64,000 nucleotides of DNA, from the NCBI GenBank assembly GCA_905478185.1, contig CAJQHO010000013.1, positions 9,666 to 73,665 of the forward strand. Direction: 5' to 3'. The notes below the pieces were generated by a model that saw nothing but the letters and a program-made list of their open reading frames with translations, was not told the DNA's origin and ran no database searches. The position numbers were made by a program, and so were the translations under genes. The DNA comes from an uncultured Flavobacteriales bacterium. GTDB lineage: Bacteria > Bacteroidota > Bacteroidia > Flavobacteriales > BACL11. Of the stretch, positions 28,779-37,505 are shown in pieces. Numbering within the stretch: position 1 is the stretch's first letter; every line of letters starts with the position of its first letter.

Positions 28779-28833
28779 TATTTCGTAACCCTTCCTAAAA
28801 CATAGTCGTTAATCAAAGTAACGGGAAACGACT

Positions 28834-29817
28834 ATGAAAAAATCTTTACTTACAATTATTATTTTACCATTTTTACTTTCTGCACAAACAGAGGGTAAAA
28901 AAACATTTAGTTTCTCAAACCATCCTATTCCTGATCAAAACATAACCGCAATTGCAACTGATAATACTGGATTAAATTGGATAGGAACACTTGAAGGTTT
29001 AATTTGTTACAATGGAAAAAGGTGGCATACAATCACATCTAAAAACAGCAAACTACCTTCTAATAAGATTTTATCAATAAAAATAGTTGGCAACACAAAA
29101 TACATTGGTACCACTGAAGGGTTTCTGGTAATTGATAATAACACTTGGGATGTTTATACTTCAAAAAACAGCAAACTCCCTTCTGATAAAATCAGGAAAA
29201 TTATAAAAACAAAAGATAATATTTTAATAGCAACATCAAAAGGGTTGGTAAAATATAGTAATGATTTTGAAGTGATTTTGTCAAGTGATAAAAATGGAAT
29301 AATTGATGATGATTTTATATCAATGAGTGTAGATCATAATAATGTCGTTTGGCTTGGAACAAATAGCGGTTTATATAGTTTTTCAAATAATATATGGAGA
29401 ATTTATAACACAAAAAACTCAGAGTTACCCAATAATAATATTTGGGATATAGTAATTGACGGGGAAGGAAAAAAATGGATAGCAACAAAAAGAGGTATAA
29501 TTACTATACTAGACGATCAATGGGTTTTGTTCAATAAAAAAAATACACCACTTAAAACAAATACAATTAAATCTTTGGTTTATGATGATTATGATCAAAT
29601 TTGGGTGGGAACCGACAAAGGAGTTGTTTCTTTTGATGGAGAAGATTGGAAAAAACATAAAATAAGCCACAAAAAAGCGCTTGTAACCTCATTATTTATT
29701 GATGATTTTGATAACAAATGGGTGTGTACCTTAAAAGATGTAATTGTATATAATATTGATGGTGTAGAGTTTAAGAACAATATTAGTGCGCAAAATAGCG
29801 TTATTGTAAGCAAATAA
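28834..29817 (+). CDS. Secreted beta-propeller protein built from two-component-regulator propeller (Reg_prop) repeats, with no kinase module
   Basis: 327 aa with a signal peptide. About 7 repeats of the pattern I..I..D..G..WIGT..GL..Y.G..W..Y...NS.LP.N.I. Confidence 0.78.
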   Translation: MKKSLLTIIILPFLLSAQTEGKKTFSFSNHPIPDQNITAIATDNTGLNWIGTLEGLICYNGKRWHTITSKNSKLPSNKILSIKIVGNTKYIGTTEGFLVIDNNTWDVYTSKNSKLPSDKIRKIIKTKDNILIATSKGLVKYSNDFEVILSSDKNGIIDDDFISMSVDHNNVVWLGTNSGLYSFSNNIWRIYNTKNSELPNNNIWDIVIDGEGKKWIATKRGIITILDDQWVLFNKKNTPLKTNTIKSLVYDDYDQIWVGTDKGVVSFDGEDWKKHKISHKKALVTSLFIDDFDNKWVCTLKDVIVYNIDGVEFKNNISAQNSVIVSK

Positions 29818-29856
29818 AAAAATCAAAGAGTAAAATATATTTTTTGGTTAATACGC

Positions 29857-29887
29857 AAAAAGTCCAACCATTATGGTTGGACTTTTT
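29857..29887 (+). terminator. Rho-independent terminator after the propeller gene
   Basis: aaaaagtccaacc (29857..29869), loop attat, ggttggacttttt (29875..29887), with the T-run continuing. Confidence 0.8.
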
Positions 29888-29905
29888 GTTTAATATTGAT
29901 TTTAG

Positions 29906-30142
29906 ATGAAAAGAATATTTTTAATAGTTTTTGGTATTTTGTTACTCCCACTTCTTACAATGCAGTTTTCTAGTGAAGTTAATTGGAATATTTTTGATTT
30001 TTTAATGATGGGATTTTTACTAACAACAACTTTATTTTTGATTAGATATTCAAAAAAATATACGCATAACACAACAATTATCATATGTGTTGTTGCAATA
30101 TTCTTAACTATATGGATACAGTTAGCGGTAGGGATTTTTTAA
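29906..30142 (+). CDS. Small membrane protein (about 3 TM helices), function unknown
   Basis: 78 aa, strongly hydrophobic, followed directly by a terminator hairpin. Confidence 0.5.
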   Translation: MKRIFLIVFGILLLPLLTMQFSSEVNWNIFDFLMMGFLLTTTLFLIRYSKKYTHNTTIIICVVAIFLTIWIQLAVGIF

Positions 30143-30145
30143 AAT

Positions 30146-30176
30146 AAAAAAAACCAATCATATGATTGGTTTTTTT
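30146..30176. terminator. Bidirectional terminator hairpin between the small membrane protein gene and tRNA-Asn
   Basis: An A-run, then ccaatc (30154..30159), loop atat, gattgg (30164..30169), then a T7 run. Confidence 0.7.
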
Positions 30177-30177
30177 G

Positions 30178-30251
30178 CTCCCCCTCTAGGACTCGAACCT
30201 AGGACCCTCTGATTAACAGTCAGATGCTCTAACCAGCTGAGCTAAGGAGGA
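30178..30251 (-). tRNA. tRNA-Asn (anticodon GTT)
   Basis: The reverse complement folds as a cloverleaf: acceptor TCCTCCT/AGGGGGA, D stem GCTC/GAGC, anticodon stem TCTGA/TCAGA with loop CTGTTAA, variable loop GGGTC, T arm CTAGG-TTCGAGT-CCTAG, discriminator G. 74 nt; CCA is not encoded. Confidence 0.95.
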
Positions 30252-30302
30252 GTGTTTGTTAAAAACGGCTGCAAAAATATAAGAATGGATTAAATAATAC
30301 AA

Positions 30303-30310
30303 TATATTTG
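30303..30310 (+). promoter_or_regulatory. -7 promoter box (TATATTTG), 13 nt upstream of the PfkB kinase ATG
   Basis: Exact TAnnTTTG match. Confidence 0.45.
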
Positions 30311-30323
30311 CAAAAAAAAATTT

Positions 30324-31247
30324 ATGAGTATTTTAGTAGTAGGCACAGTAGCTTTTGACGCGATAGAAACACCTTTTGGAAAAACAGATAAAATAGTTGG
30401 AGGGGCAGCAACATATATTTGCTTGTCATCATCTTTTTTTACAAAGAAATTAAATTTAGTATCTGTAGTTGGAGAAGACTTTCCTAAAGAGACCATTCAA
30501 ATGTTAAAAGAAAAAAATGTAAACACTAAAGGGCTTCAAATAAAAGAAGGAGAGAAAACTTTTTTCTGGTCAGGTAAGTATCATAATAACATGAACACTA
30601 GAGATACAATGGACACTCAACTTAATGTTTTAGAAAATTTTGAACCAATTGTACCAGAAGAATTTAAAGATTCAGAATTTTTAATGTTAGGAAATTTGAT
30701 GCCTTCGGTACAAAAGAAGGTTTTAGATCAAATGACAAAAAGGCCAAAATTAATTGTTTTGGATACTATGAATTTTTGGATGGATCTTTTTATGGATGAC
30801 CTGAAAGAAGCATTAAAAGAAGTTGATGTTCTTACCATTAATGATGAAGAAGCGCGTCAGCTTTCTAGCGAATACTCGTTAGTTAAAGCGGCAAAAGTAA
30901 TATTAGCAATGGGACCTAAATATTTAATTATTAAAAAAGGTGAGCATGGGGCATTGTTATTTAATAACAAAGAAGTGTTTTTTGCACCAGCATTACCTTT
31001 AGAAGAAGTTTTTGATCCAACAGGAGCGGGAGATTCTTTTGCAGGAGGATTTATTGGTTATTTAGCTAAAACTAATGATGTTTCGTTTGAAAACATGAAG
31101 AGAGCAGTAATTAACGGCTCTGCAATGGCATCATTTTGTGTGGAGAAATTTGGAACACAGAAATTAACTGAAATCAACCAGGATGATGTTGACGCAAGAA
31201 TTAATGAGTTTGTGAATTTGGTTAAGTTTGATATTTCTTTAAAATAA
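30324..31247 (+). CDS. PfkB family carbohydrate/nucleoside kinase
   Basis: 307 aa with N-terminal VVGTVAFD..ET, GGAATY and C-terminal DPTGAGDSFAGGF (the PfkB signature 2 region). Confidence 0.88.
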   Translation: MSILVVGTVAFDAIETPFGKTDKIVGGAATYICLSSSFFTKKLNLVSVVGEDFPKETIQMLKEKNVNTKGLQIKEGEKTFFWSGKYHNNMNTRDTMDTQLNVLENFEPIVPEEFKDSEFLMLGNLMPSVQKKVLDQMTKRPKLIVLDTMNFWMDLFMDDLKEALKEVDVLTINDEEARQLSSEYSLVKAAKVILAMGPKYLIIKKGEHGALLFNNKEVFFAPALPLEEVFDPTGAGDSFAGGFIGYLAKTNDVSFENMKRAVINGSAMASFCVEKFGTQKLTEINQDDVDARINEFVNLVKFDISLK

Positions 31248-31718
31248 AGAATCACCCTTATTAGCCACATTGTTTTCATACCACTGATCGGTTAATAGGC
31301 TTTGGCCATCAGCAGCTTCAACTGCTAAAAAATCACACCTTTCATTTTCCTTGTTGTTAGCATGACCCCTTACCCAGATAAAAGAAACTTTTTGCATTCT
31401 ATAAATTTTAAGAAACCTAATCCATAAATCAGGATTTTTCTTTTTATTGAAATTCTTTTTCTCCCAACCGAACACCCATTTTTTTTCTACTGAATCAATA
31501 ACATATTTTGAGTCAGAGTAAATTGTAATTTCAGAATTTGCTTTTTTTACACTTTCAAGAGCAATAATTACAGCCAATAATTCCATTCTATTGTTTGTAG
31601 TCAACTTAAACCCCTGTTTTAATTCTTTTCGATAACTACCACTCATCATTACAATTCCATAACCCCCATTTCCAGGATTGCCTTTAGCTGAGCCATCAGT
31701 ATAAATAATTATACTCAT
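31239..31718 (-). CDS. rnhA: Ribonuclease HI
   Basis: 159 aa with IYTDGSAKGNPGNGGYG, TNNRMELLA, IYSDSKYV, W..VRGHANN.ENERCD.LA. Confidence 0.95.
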   Translation of the reverse strand: MSIIIYTDGSAKGNPGNGGYGIVMMSGSYRKELKQGFKLTTNNRMELLAVIIALESVKKANSEITIYSDSKYVIDSVEKKWVFGWEKKNFNKKKNPDLWIRFLKIYRMQKVSFIWVRGHANNKENERCDFLAVEAADGQSLLTDQWYENNVANKGDSLF

Positions 31719-32284
31719 AAGGAGAATAATGTTTTTTCAATAATTTTAGGGTATAAAGATTGTTCTAATTCGTGAATCTTAGCAGTTAAACTTTCTAAAT
31801 TTTCATCAGGAGAAAGACTAAAACTTTTTTGGAAAATAATTTTTCCCTCATCATAATTTTGATTTACAAAATGGACACTAATTCCACTTTCAGTTTCTTT
31901 GTTTTCCAAAACTGCTTTATAAATATTTTCACCATACATCCCTTTTCCACCATATTTAGGCAACAAAGCAGGGTGAATATTAATAATCTTATTGGGGTAC
32001 TGTTCAATCATTTTTGAAGGTATTTTTAATAAAAATCCAGCCAAAATAATATAATCAACCTGATATTTTACCAGTATTTTAGCTAAATCATCAAAATTTT
32101 CAAGCTCAGTTTTTGATGTAAAAACCATTGGAATCTTCAATTTTTTAGCTCTCTCTACAATAAAAGCATCTTTTCTATTTGTACACATCATCACTAACTT
32201 AATATCAGATGATTTATTGAAATAAACACAAATATTCTCAGCATTACTTCCCGCTCCTGAACCAAAAATTGCTAACTTTTTCAC
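31715..32284 (-). CDS. purN: Phosphoribosylglycinamide formyltransferase
   Basis: 189 aa with FGSGAGSNAENI, ILAGFL, INIHPALLPKYGGKGMYG, G.SVHFV...YDEG.II.Q. Confidence 0.95.
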   Translation of the reverse strand: MKKLAIFGSGAGSNAENICVYFNKSSDIKLVMMCTNRKDAFIVERAKKLKIPMVFTSKTELENFDDLAKILVKYQVDYIILAGFLLKIPSKMIEQYPNKIINIHPALLPKYGGKGMYGENIYKAVLENKETESGISVHFVNQNYDEGKIIFQKSFSLSPDENLESLTAKIHELEQSLYPKIIEKTLFSL

Positions 32285-32405
32285 TCCTAAAAATTTTTAT
32301 CAAAAATAGTATAAACAAACAGATGTTAAAATAGAAAATAAGAAAGTTTGCAAATTCTTTTTATTATAGTTTTATTTGCACCTTATTAACTAAAAACATA
32401 TTAAC

Positions 32406-32642
32406 ATGTCAGATATAGCAGAAAAAGTAAAAGCAATTATTATTGATAACCTAGGGGTTGATGCTAGTGAGGTAACAGCTGCAGCAAGTTTTACAAATGA
32501 TTTAGGAGCAGATTCTTTAGATACAGTAGAGCTTATTATGGAATTCGAAAAAGAATTTGACGTTCAAATTCCAGACGATAAAGCTGAAGCTATTGCAACA
32601 GTTGGTGATGCTGTTTCTTTTATTGAAGAAGCGAAAGCCTAA
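32406..32642 (+). CDS. acpP: Acyl carrier protein
   Basis: 78 aa with the phosphopantetheine attachment motif [16 protein letters not shown]. Confidence 0.97.
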   Translation: MSDIAEKVKAIIIDNLGVDASEVTAAASFTNDLGADSLDTVELIMEFEKEFDVQIPDDKAEAIATVGDAVSFIEEAKA

Positions 32643-32648
32643 CTAAAA

Positions 32649-33902
32649 ATGAAAAGCAGAAGAGTAGTTGTTACAGGAATAGGAGCTTTAACTCCTATAG
32701 GTAACAATTTACAAGATTATTGGAAATCATTAGTTGATGGAGTAAGTGGTGCCGCACCAATCACCAATTTTGAGGCTTCAAATTTTAAAACACAATTTGC
32801 TTGCGAGTTAAAAGACTTTAAGGTTACAGATTTTTTACACAAAAAAGCAGCAAGAAAAATGGATCCTTTTTGCCAGTACGCTATGGTTGTAGCGGATGAG
32901 GCAATAAATGATTCGCTTTTAAATATTGAGGGCATAGATTTAGATAGAGCTGGAGTTATTTGGGGTTCTGGAATTGGAGGAATGAAAACATTTCAACAAG
33001 AAGCTTCTGATTTTGCAAAGGGGAGCGGAACACCTAGATATAGTCCATTTTTTATTCCAAAGTTAATTTCTGATATTCCTGCTGGTCATATTTCAATAAA
33101 ATATGGTTTTAGAGGCCCAAACTTTACTACAGTTTCAGCTTGTGCTTCATCAACAAATGCATTAATTGACGCGTTTAATTATATTAAATGGAATAAGGCA
33201 GATATTTTTATTGCTGGTGGTTCTGAGGCTTGTGTTTTTGAAACAGGAATGGGGGGTTTTAACGCAATGATGGCGCTATCTACTCGTAATGATGATCCAC
33301 AATCAGCATCTCGTCCATTTGATAAAGATAGAGATGGTTTTGTAATGGGAGAAGGGGCTGGAGCAATTGTGTTGGAAGAATATGAGCACGCTATAAAAAG
33401 GGGAGCAACAATTTATGCAGAAGTTGTTGGTGGAGGATTAACAGCAGATGCACATCACATTACAGCTCCACACCCGGAAGGATTAGGAGCAAGAAATGTA
33501 ATGAAACTAGCTATTGAAGACGCTGGTGTTGATGTTACAGATATTGATTATATAAATGTTCACGGAACATCTACACCTCTTGGAGATATTGCAGAAACAA
33601 AGGCAATTAAGGATTTGTTTGGGGAGCATGCGTATAATTTAAATATTAGCTCAACTAAATCAATGACAGGACATCTTTTGGGTGCTGCTGGAGTAATTGA
33701 GTCTATTGTTTGTATAATGGCGGTAAAAAATGACACTATTCCTCCTACAATAAATCATAAAACAGATGATCCAAATATTGACAATAAGTTGAATTTAACT
33801 TTTAATACAGCACAAAAAAGAAAAGTTAATTATGCACTTACTAATACATTTGGATTTGGAGGACATAATGCCTCTGTATTATTTAAAAAATACGAATCAT
33901 AA
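32649..33902 (+). CDS. fabF: 3-oxoacyl-ACP synthase II
   Basis: 417 aa with active-site SACASS, HGTSTPLGD, KSMTGHLLGAAG, FGFGGHNA. Confidence 0.97.
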   Translation: MKSRRVVVTGIGALTPIGNNLQDYWKSLVDGVSGAAPITNFEASNFKTQFACELKDFKVTDFLHKKAARKMDPFCQYAMVVADEAINDSLLNIEGIDLDRAGVIWGSGIGGMKTFQQEASDFAKGSGTPRYSPFFIPKLISDIPAGHISIKYGFRGPNFTTVSACASSTNALIDAFNYIKWNKADIFIAGGSEACVFETGMGGFNAMMALSTRNDDPQSASRPFDKDRDGFVMGEGAGAIVLEEYEHAIKRGATIYAEVVGGGLTADAHHITAPHPEGLGARNVMKLAIEDAGVDVTDIDYINVHGTSTPLGDIAETKAIKDLFGEHAYNLNISSTKSMTGHLLGAAGVIESIVCIMAVKNDTIPPTINHKTDDPNIDNKLNLTFNTAQKRKVNYALTNTFGFGGHNASVLFKKYES

Positions 33903-34579
33903 GTTTTTTTAAAACAATAATATCAAAGCTCACTTTTAAAAATAAAGGTGAGCTTTTTTTATTTCAATTATTAGGGTATCATTCAGAAAATGAAATTTAT
34001 AAAAAAGCATTTATTCATAAATCTTCCAATAAGAATAGTCATAACGAGAGATTAGAATACCTAGGTGATGCGATTCTATCCTCTATAGTTTCGGAATCAT
34101 TATTTAATGATTATCCCAGTGAAGCAGAGGGTTTTTTATCTCAAAAAAGAGCAATAATTGTAGGGAGAAAACACTTGAACCTGGTTGGTAAAAAGATAAT
34201 TCCAACTCAAGAGATTAAAAGTAAATTGAATAAAATACCTCTTAGTGTTTATGGAAATACTTTGGAGGCAATTATAGGAGCAATCTATATAGACAAGGGT
34301 TTTGGTAAAACAAACTTATTTGTTCAAAAGCATATTTACACTTCAGAGTTTATAAATGAATTATCAGATACAGATTTTAAGAGTAAACTTTTAAAATATT
34401 CCCAAAAGAAGAATATAAATATGGAGTATAAAGTGGAAAAACAAGAAGGGCCTGATCATAAGAAAGAATTTTTAATTGCAATTTATCTTAATAATAATAA
34501 AATTGCAGAAGCAAAGGGATCATCAAAAAAGGAAGCCGAACAAAAAGCAGCCAAAAAAGCATATAAAATTGTATTTTAG
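33899..34579 (+). CDS. rnc: Ribonuclease III; no ATG/GTG/TTG start is available upstream of the catalytic motif, so the start is uncertain
   Basis: The frame is open from 33887. Own translation: ..ISFFKTIISKLTFKNKGELFLFQLLGYHSENEIYKKAFIHKSSNKNSHNERLEYLGDAILS.., with the signature ERLEYLGDA at 34046..34072. It continues into the track ORF 34175..34579, which carries NTLEAIIGAIY and a C-terminal dsRBD (DFKSKLLKY...GSSKKEAEQKAAKKA). The only near-cognate codons at the 5' end are ATA/ATC (33890, 33896, 33899). Confidence 0.8.
   Translation: MSFFKTIISKLTFKNKGELFLFQLLGYHSENEIYKKAFIHKSSNKNSHNERLEYLGDAILSSIVSESLFNDYPSEAEGFLSQKRAIIVGRKHLNLVGKKIIPTQEIKSKLNKIPLSVYGNTLEAIIGAIYIDKGFGKTNLFVQKHIYTSEFINELSDTDFKSKLLKYSQKKNINMEYKVEKQEGPDHKKEFLIAIYLNNNKIAEAKGSSKKEAEQKAAKKAYKIVF
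33925..33960 (+). terminator. Terminator-like hairpin 23 nt after the fabF stop, lying inside the inferred 5' coding region of rnc
   Basis: aaagctcac (33925..33933) pairs with gtgagcttt (33948..33956): a 9-bp perfect stem and a 14-nt loop, with the right arm running into a T7 tract (33954..33960). Confidence 0.5.
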
Positions 34580-34584
34580 CCCTA

Positions 34585-35004
34585 ATGAAAACGCATTACA
34601 CATTAGAATGTGAACAAGAATATGAATTTGTTGTTTTAGCAATAAACAGCCATAGCAAAGCATATAAACTGTGTTGGAATTTAAATAACACACTTTTATT
34701 AAATTTTGAAATGACTGATGAGCATTCGATTTCAGATGAATTGTTATTTACAAGATATAAAACTAAAACTGAAAGCGGAGCACAGATTGACCTTCTTGCC
34801 AACAGAACCAAGAAGGGTTACTTAATTCCATCACAAAAAAGTGTAAATTACTTTTTAGTTATTAAAGATGAGTGCTGGTGTGATACAAAAGAGTCGTTTT
34901 TAAGTAAATTAAGAGCAATAAATGACATACTTTTGGTGTTTGAACTAGACTTAGAAAAAACTAAAAAAAGTGAAAGATTTATAATACATGATAAGAAAAA
35001 CTAA
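34585..35004 (+). CDS. IPExxxVDY family protein (small conserved Bacteroidota protein of unknown function)
   Basis: 139 aa, immediately downstream of rnc as I remember for this family. The motif region reads YLIPSQKSVNYFLVIK, a variant of IPExxxVDY. Confidence 0.55.
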   Translation: MKTHYTLECEQEYEFVVLAINSHSKAYKLCWNLNNTLLLNFEMTDEHSISDELLFTRYKTKTESGAQIDLLANRTKKGYLIPSQKSVNYFLVIKDECWCDTKESFLSKLRAINDILLVFELDLEKTKKSERFIIHDKKN

Positions 35005-36403
35005 AATAATAGCCACAATTGGTCCAGCTACATCTTCAAAAGTAATGTTGAAGAAGATTATTGGTAAAGGGGTGAATGTTTGTAGGTTAAATTTCTCTCA
35101 TTTAACTCATGATGATGCAAAAGAAATAATTTCAAATATTAAAGAAATTAACCAAGAACTACATGTTCACACTGCAATATTAGCGGACCTACAAGGACCA
35201 AAAATCAGAGTTGGAGAATTTAAAAATCCAATAAATCTTGTAAAAGGGAATGAAGTGATTTTTAGCACTAAAGATAAAAAAGATTGCATTTACATCAACT
35301 ACCAGAATTTTGCGAAAGATGTTAATGCAAAAGATAAAGTATTGTTAGATGACGGAAAACTAGCACTTAAGGTAGTTAGTACAAATAAAAAAGATACGGT
35401 AGTTTTAAAAGTAGTTTTTGGAGGTCTATTGCAATCAAGAAAAGGGGTAAACTTACCTAATACACCAATCTCCCTTCCTTGTCTTACTAAAAAAGACAAA
35501 GAAGATTTAGAGTTTGTGTTGTCAGAAAAAATTGAATGGATTGGACTTTCATTTGTAAGAAAGGCTGATGATGTTCGCATTCTTAAGGAGATAATTGCAA
35601 AAAGAAATTTACACCATAAAGTAATTGCAAAGATTGAAAAACCTGAAGCAATAAAAAATATAGATGAAATTATTGATGTAACTGATGCAATAATGGTTGC
35701 TAGAGGTGATTTGGGTGTTGAAGTCCCTCCTCAGAAAGTTCCTGTATATCAAAAGATGATAGTAAACAAATGTATTATTCATGCTAGGCCAGTTGTTATT
35801 GCAACACAAATGCTCGAAAGCATGCTCGAAAGCCCATCAGCCACAAGAGCAGAAGTGAATGATGTAGCTAACTCAGTAATTGATGGGGCTGATGCGGTAA
35901 TGCTTTCAGGAGAAACATCAGTAGGGAAATATCCATTGAATACTGTAGATACTATGAGGGAAATTATTAGGGATGTTGAAGCAAGTGAGCATAATATTTC
36001 TCAGAATAAAGTAATTAGGCCATTGATAAATAACAGTAGATTGTTGAGTAATGCTATCTGCTCTCATGCTTGTGATATTGCGGAAAACACAAAGGCTAAA
36101 GCAATAATTACCGTTACTTATTCTGGGTTTAATACCATAAAAACTTCAAGTTTTAGGCCCCAAGCTTTTATTTATGCTTTCACCAATAATCATACGATTT
36201 TAAATACACTTAGTTTGGTCTGGGGGGTTCAGGGGTTCTATTATGACAGAGGAACAACAACTGATCAAACCATTAGAGAAACAAAAGAAATACTAAAGCA
36301 AGAAAAACACCTTAAAAAAGGCGATTTAGTTGTAAATTTGGCCAGTATGCCAGCCCAAGAAAAAGGCATGACAAATATGATGAAAATTAGTAAAGTAAGA
36401 TAA
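34988..36403 (+). CDS. pyk: Pyruvate kinase
   Basis: 471 aa with RKTKIIATIGPA, CRLNFSHL, DLQGPKIR, IAKIEKPEA, MVARGDLGVE, ATQMLESM, RAEVNDVANSV.DGADAVMLSGETS.GKYP. Confidence 0.96.
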   Translation: MIRKTKIIATIGPATSSKVMLKKIIGKGVNVCRLNFSHLTHDDAKEIISNIKEINQELHVHTAILADLQGPKIRVGEFKNPINLVKGNEVIFSTKDKKDCIYINYQNFAKDVNAKDKVLLDDGKLALKVVSTNKKDTVVLKVVFGGLLQSRKGVNLPNTPISLPCLTKKDKEDLEFVLSEKIEWIGLSFVRKADDVRILKEIIAKRNLHHKVIAKIEKPEAIKNIDEIIDVTDAIMVARGDLGVEVPPQKVPVYQKMIVNKCIIHARPVVIATQMLESMLESPSATRAEVNDVANSVIDGADAVMLSGETSVGKYPLNTVDTMREIIRDVEASEHNISQNKVIRPLINNSRLLSNAICSHACDIAENTKAKAIITVTYSGFNTIKTSSFRPQAFIYAFTNNHTILNTLSLVWGVQGFYYDRGTTTDQTIRETKEILKQEKHLKKGDLVVNLASMPAQEKGMTNMMKISKVR

Positions 36404-36411
36404 AACCAAAA

Positions 36412-37458
36412 ATGATAAATACAGCATTATTAGCAGAAATTTGTAAGGTGGCGGGAGCTCCAGGACACGAACAAAGAGTAAGAGAAATTGTACTAAGAGA
36501 AACAACAGGTTTAGTTGATGAAATTAAGATTGATAATCTAGGGAACTTGGTCGCGATTAAAAAAGGAAAAGAAAGGAAAAGAGTAATGATTGGAGCTCAT
36601 ATGGATGAGATTGGCTTTATTGTAACTCACATTGATGATAAAGGATTTGTTTACTTTCATACTTTAGGCGGTTTTGATCCTAAAACTTTAACCGCACAAA
36701 GAGTAATAATACATGGAACAGAAGATGTGATTGGGGTAATGGGAGGTAAGCCAATTCATTTGATGAATGCTGCTGATAGAGCAAAAGTGCCTACTATTAA
36801 AGATTATTTTATTGATACTGGAAGGCCTAAAAAAGAATTAGACAAAATAATTTCAGTTGGTGATACTATTACCAGAAGCAGTGAGCTGATTGAAATGGGA
36901 GATTGTATCAACTGTAAATCTTTAGATAATAGAGTTTCTGTATTTATACTTATTGAGATGTTCCGTGAAATGAAAAAAACACCTCCTTATGATGTGTATG
37001 GTGTATTTACTGTTCAAGAAGAGATAGGAATTAGAGGGGCAAATGTTTCTTCAATGGATATAAATCCTGACTTTGGTTTTGGATTAGATACTACTATCGC
37101 TTGGGATACTCCAGGAAGCACAAAGCAAGAACAAGTTTCTGTTTTGGGTGATGGTGCTTGTATTAAGGTGATGGATTCAGCAACTGTATGTGATTACCGT
37201 ATGGTAAAATACATGAAGGAGTTATCGAAAAAGAAGAAGCTAAAAACACAATTAGAAATATTACCTGCAGGAGGAACAGATACAGCAGGAATACAAAGAA
37301 TGAATCCAGGTGGATGTATTGCGGGGGCGGTTTCTATCCCAACAAGACACATACATCAATCTATTGAAATGGTACACAAAAAGGATGTTAGAGGAGCAAT
37401 AGATTTGTTGCGCCACTCGGTAGAAAACTTACATACTTACGATTGGAGTTTTAGGTAG
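36412..37458 (+). CDS. M42 family metallopeptidase (FrvX/glutamyl aminopeptidase-like)
   Basis: 348 aa with GAPGHE..VR, GAHMDEIGF, KSLDNR, TVQEEIGIRGA, P.R.IH...E. Confidence 0.9.
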   Translation: MINTALLAEICKVAGAPGHEQRVREIVLRETTGLVDEIKIDNLGNLVAIKKGKERKRVMIGAHMDEIGFIVTHIDDKGFVYFHTLGGFDPKTLTAQRVIIHGTEDVIGVMGGKPIHLMNAADRAKVPTIKDYFIDTGRPKKELDKIISVGDTITRSSELIEMGDCINCKSLDNRVSVFILIEMFREMKKTPPYDVYGVFTVQEEIGIRGANVSSMDINPDFGFGLDTTIAWDTPGSTKQEQVSVLGDGACIKVMDSATVCDYRMVKYMKELSKKKKLKTQLEILPAGGTDTAGIQRMNPGGCIAGAVSIPTRHIHQSIEMVHKKDVRGAIDLLRHSVENLHTYDWSFR

Positions 37459-37475
37459 AGAAAAATATATAAAAG

Positions 37476-37499
37476 AAAACCAGCTGAAAGGCTGGTTTT
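37476..37499. terminator. Bidirectional terminator hairpin between the convergent M42 peptidase and TauE genes
   Basis: aaaaccagc (37476..37484), loop tgaaag, gctggtttt (37491..37499), with the T-run continuing. Confidence 0.75.
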
Positions 37500-37505
37500 T
37501 TGTTT

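Noticed and set aside
28533-30251. A genomic island integrated at tRNA-Asn
   Set aside because: There is no integrase, no direct repeat of the tRNA 3' end, and no obvious compositional break. The three small genes are better described as a minor accessory patch.
33882-33902. A -1 ribosomal frameshift on the A6 run at the end of fabF (tttaaaaaatac), producing a FabF-RNase III fusion
   Set aside because: The rnc frame is indeed -1 relative to fabF, but the site is not a canonical X XXY YYZ heptamer in the fabF frame. The -1 frame also has a TAA at 33884..33886 directly at the slip position, and a FabF-RNase III fusion has no biological precedent that I know of. Non-canonical initiation or a mutated ATG is simpler.
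35810-35833. A 12-bp tandem repeat, atgctcgaaagc x2, in pyk (protein MLES-MLES)
   Set aside because: It looked like a slippage insertion. However, the segment ATQMLESMLESPSATRAE has the same length as the canonical pyruvate kinase motif (ATQMLESMxxxPxPTRAE), so there is no indel and the repeat is probably coincidental or convergent.
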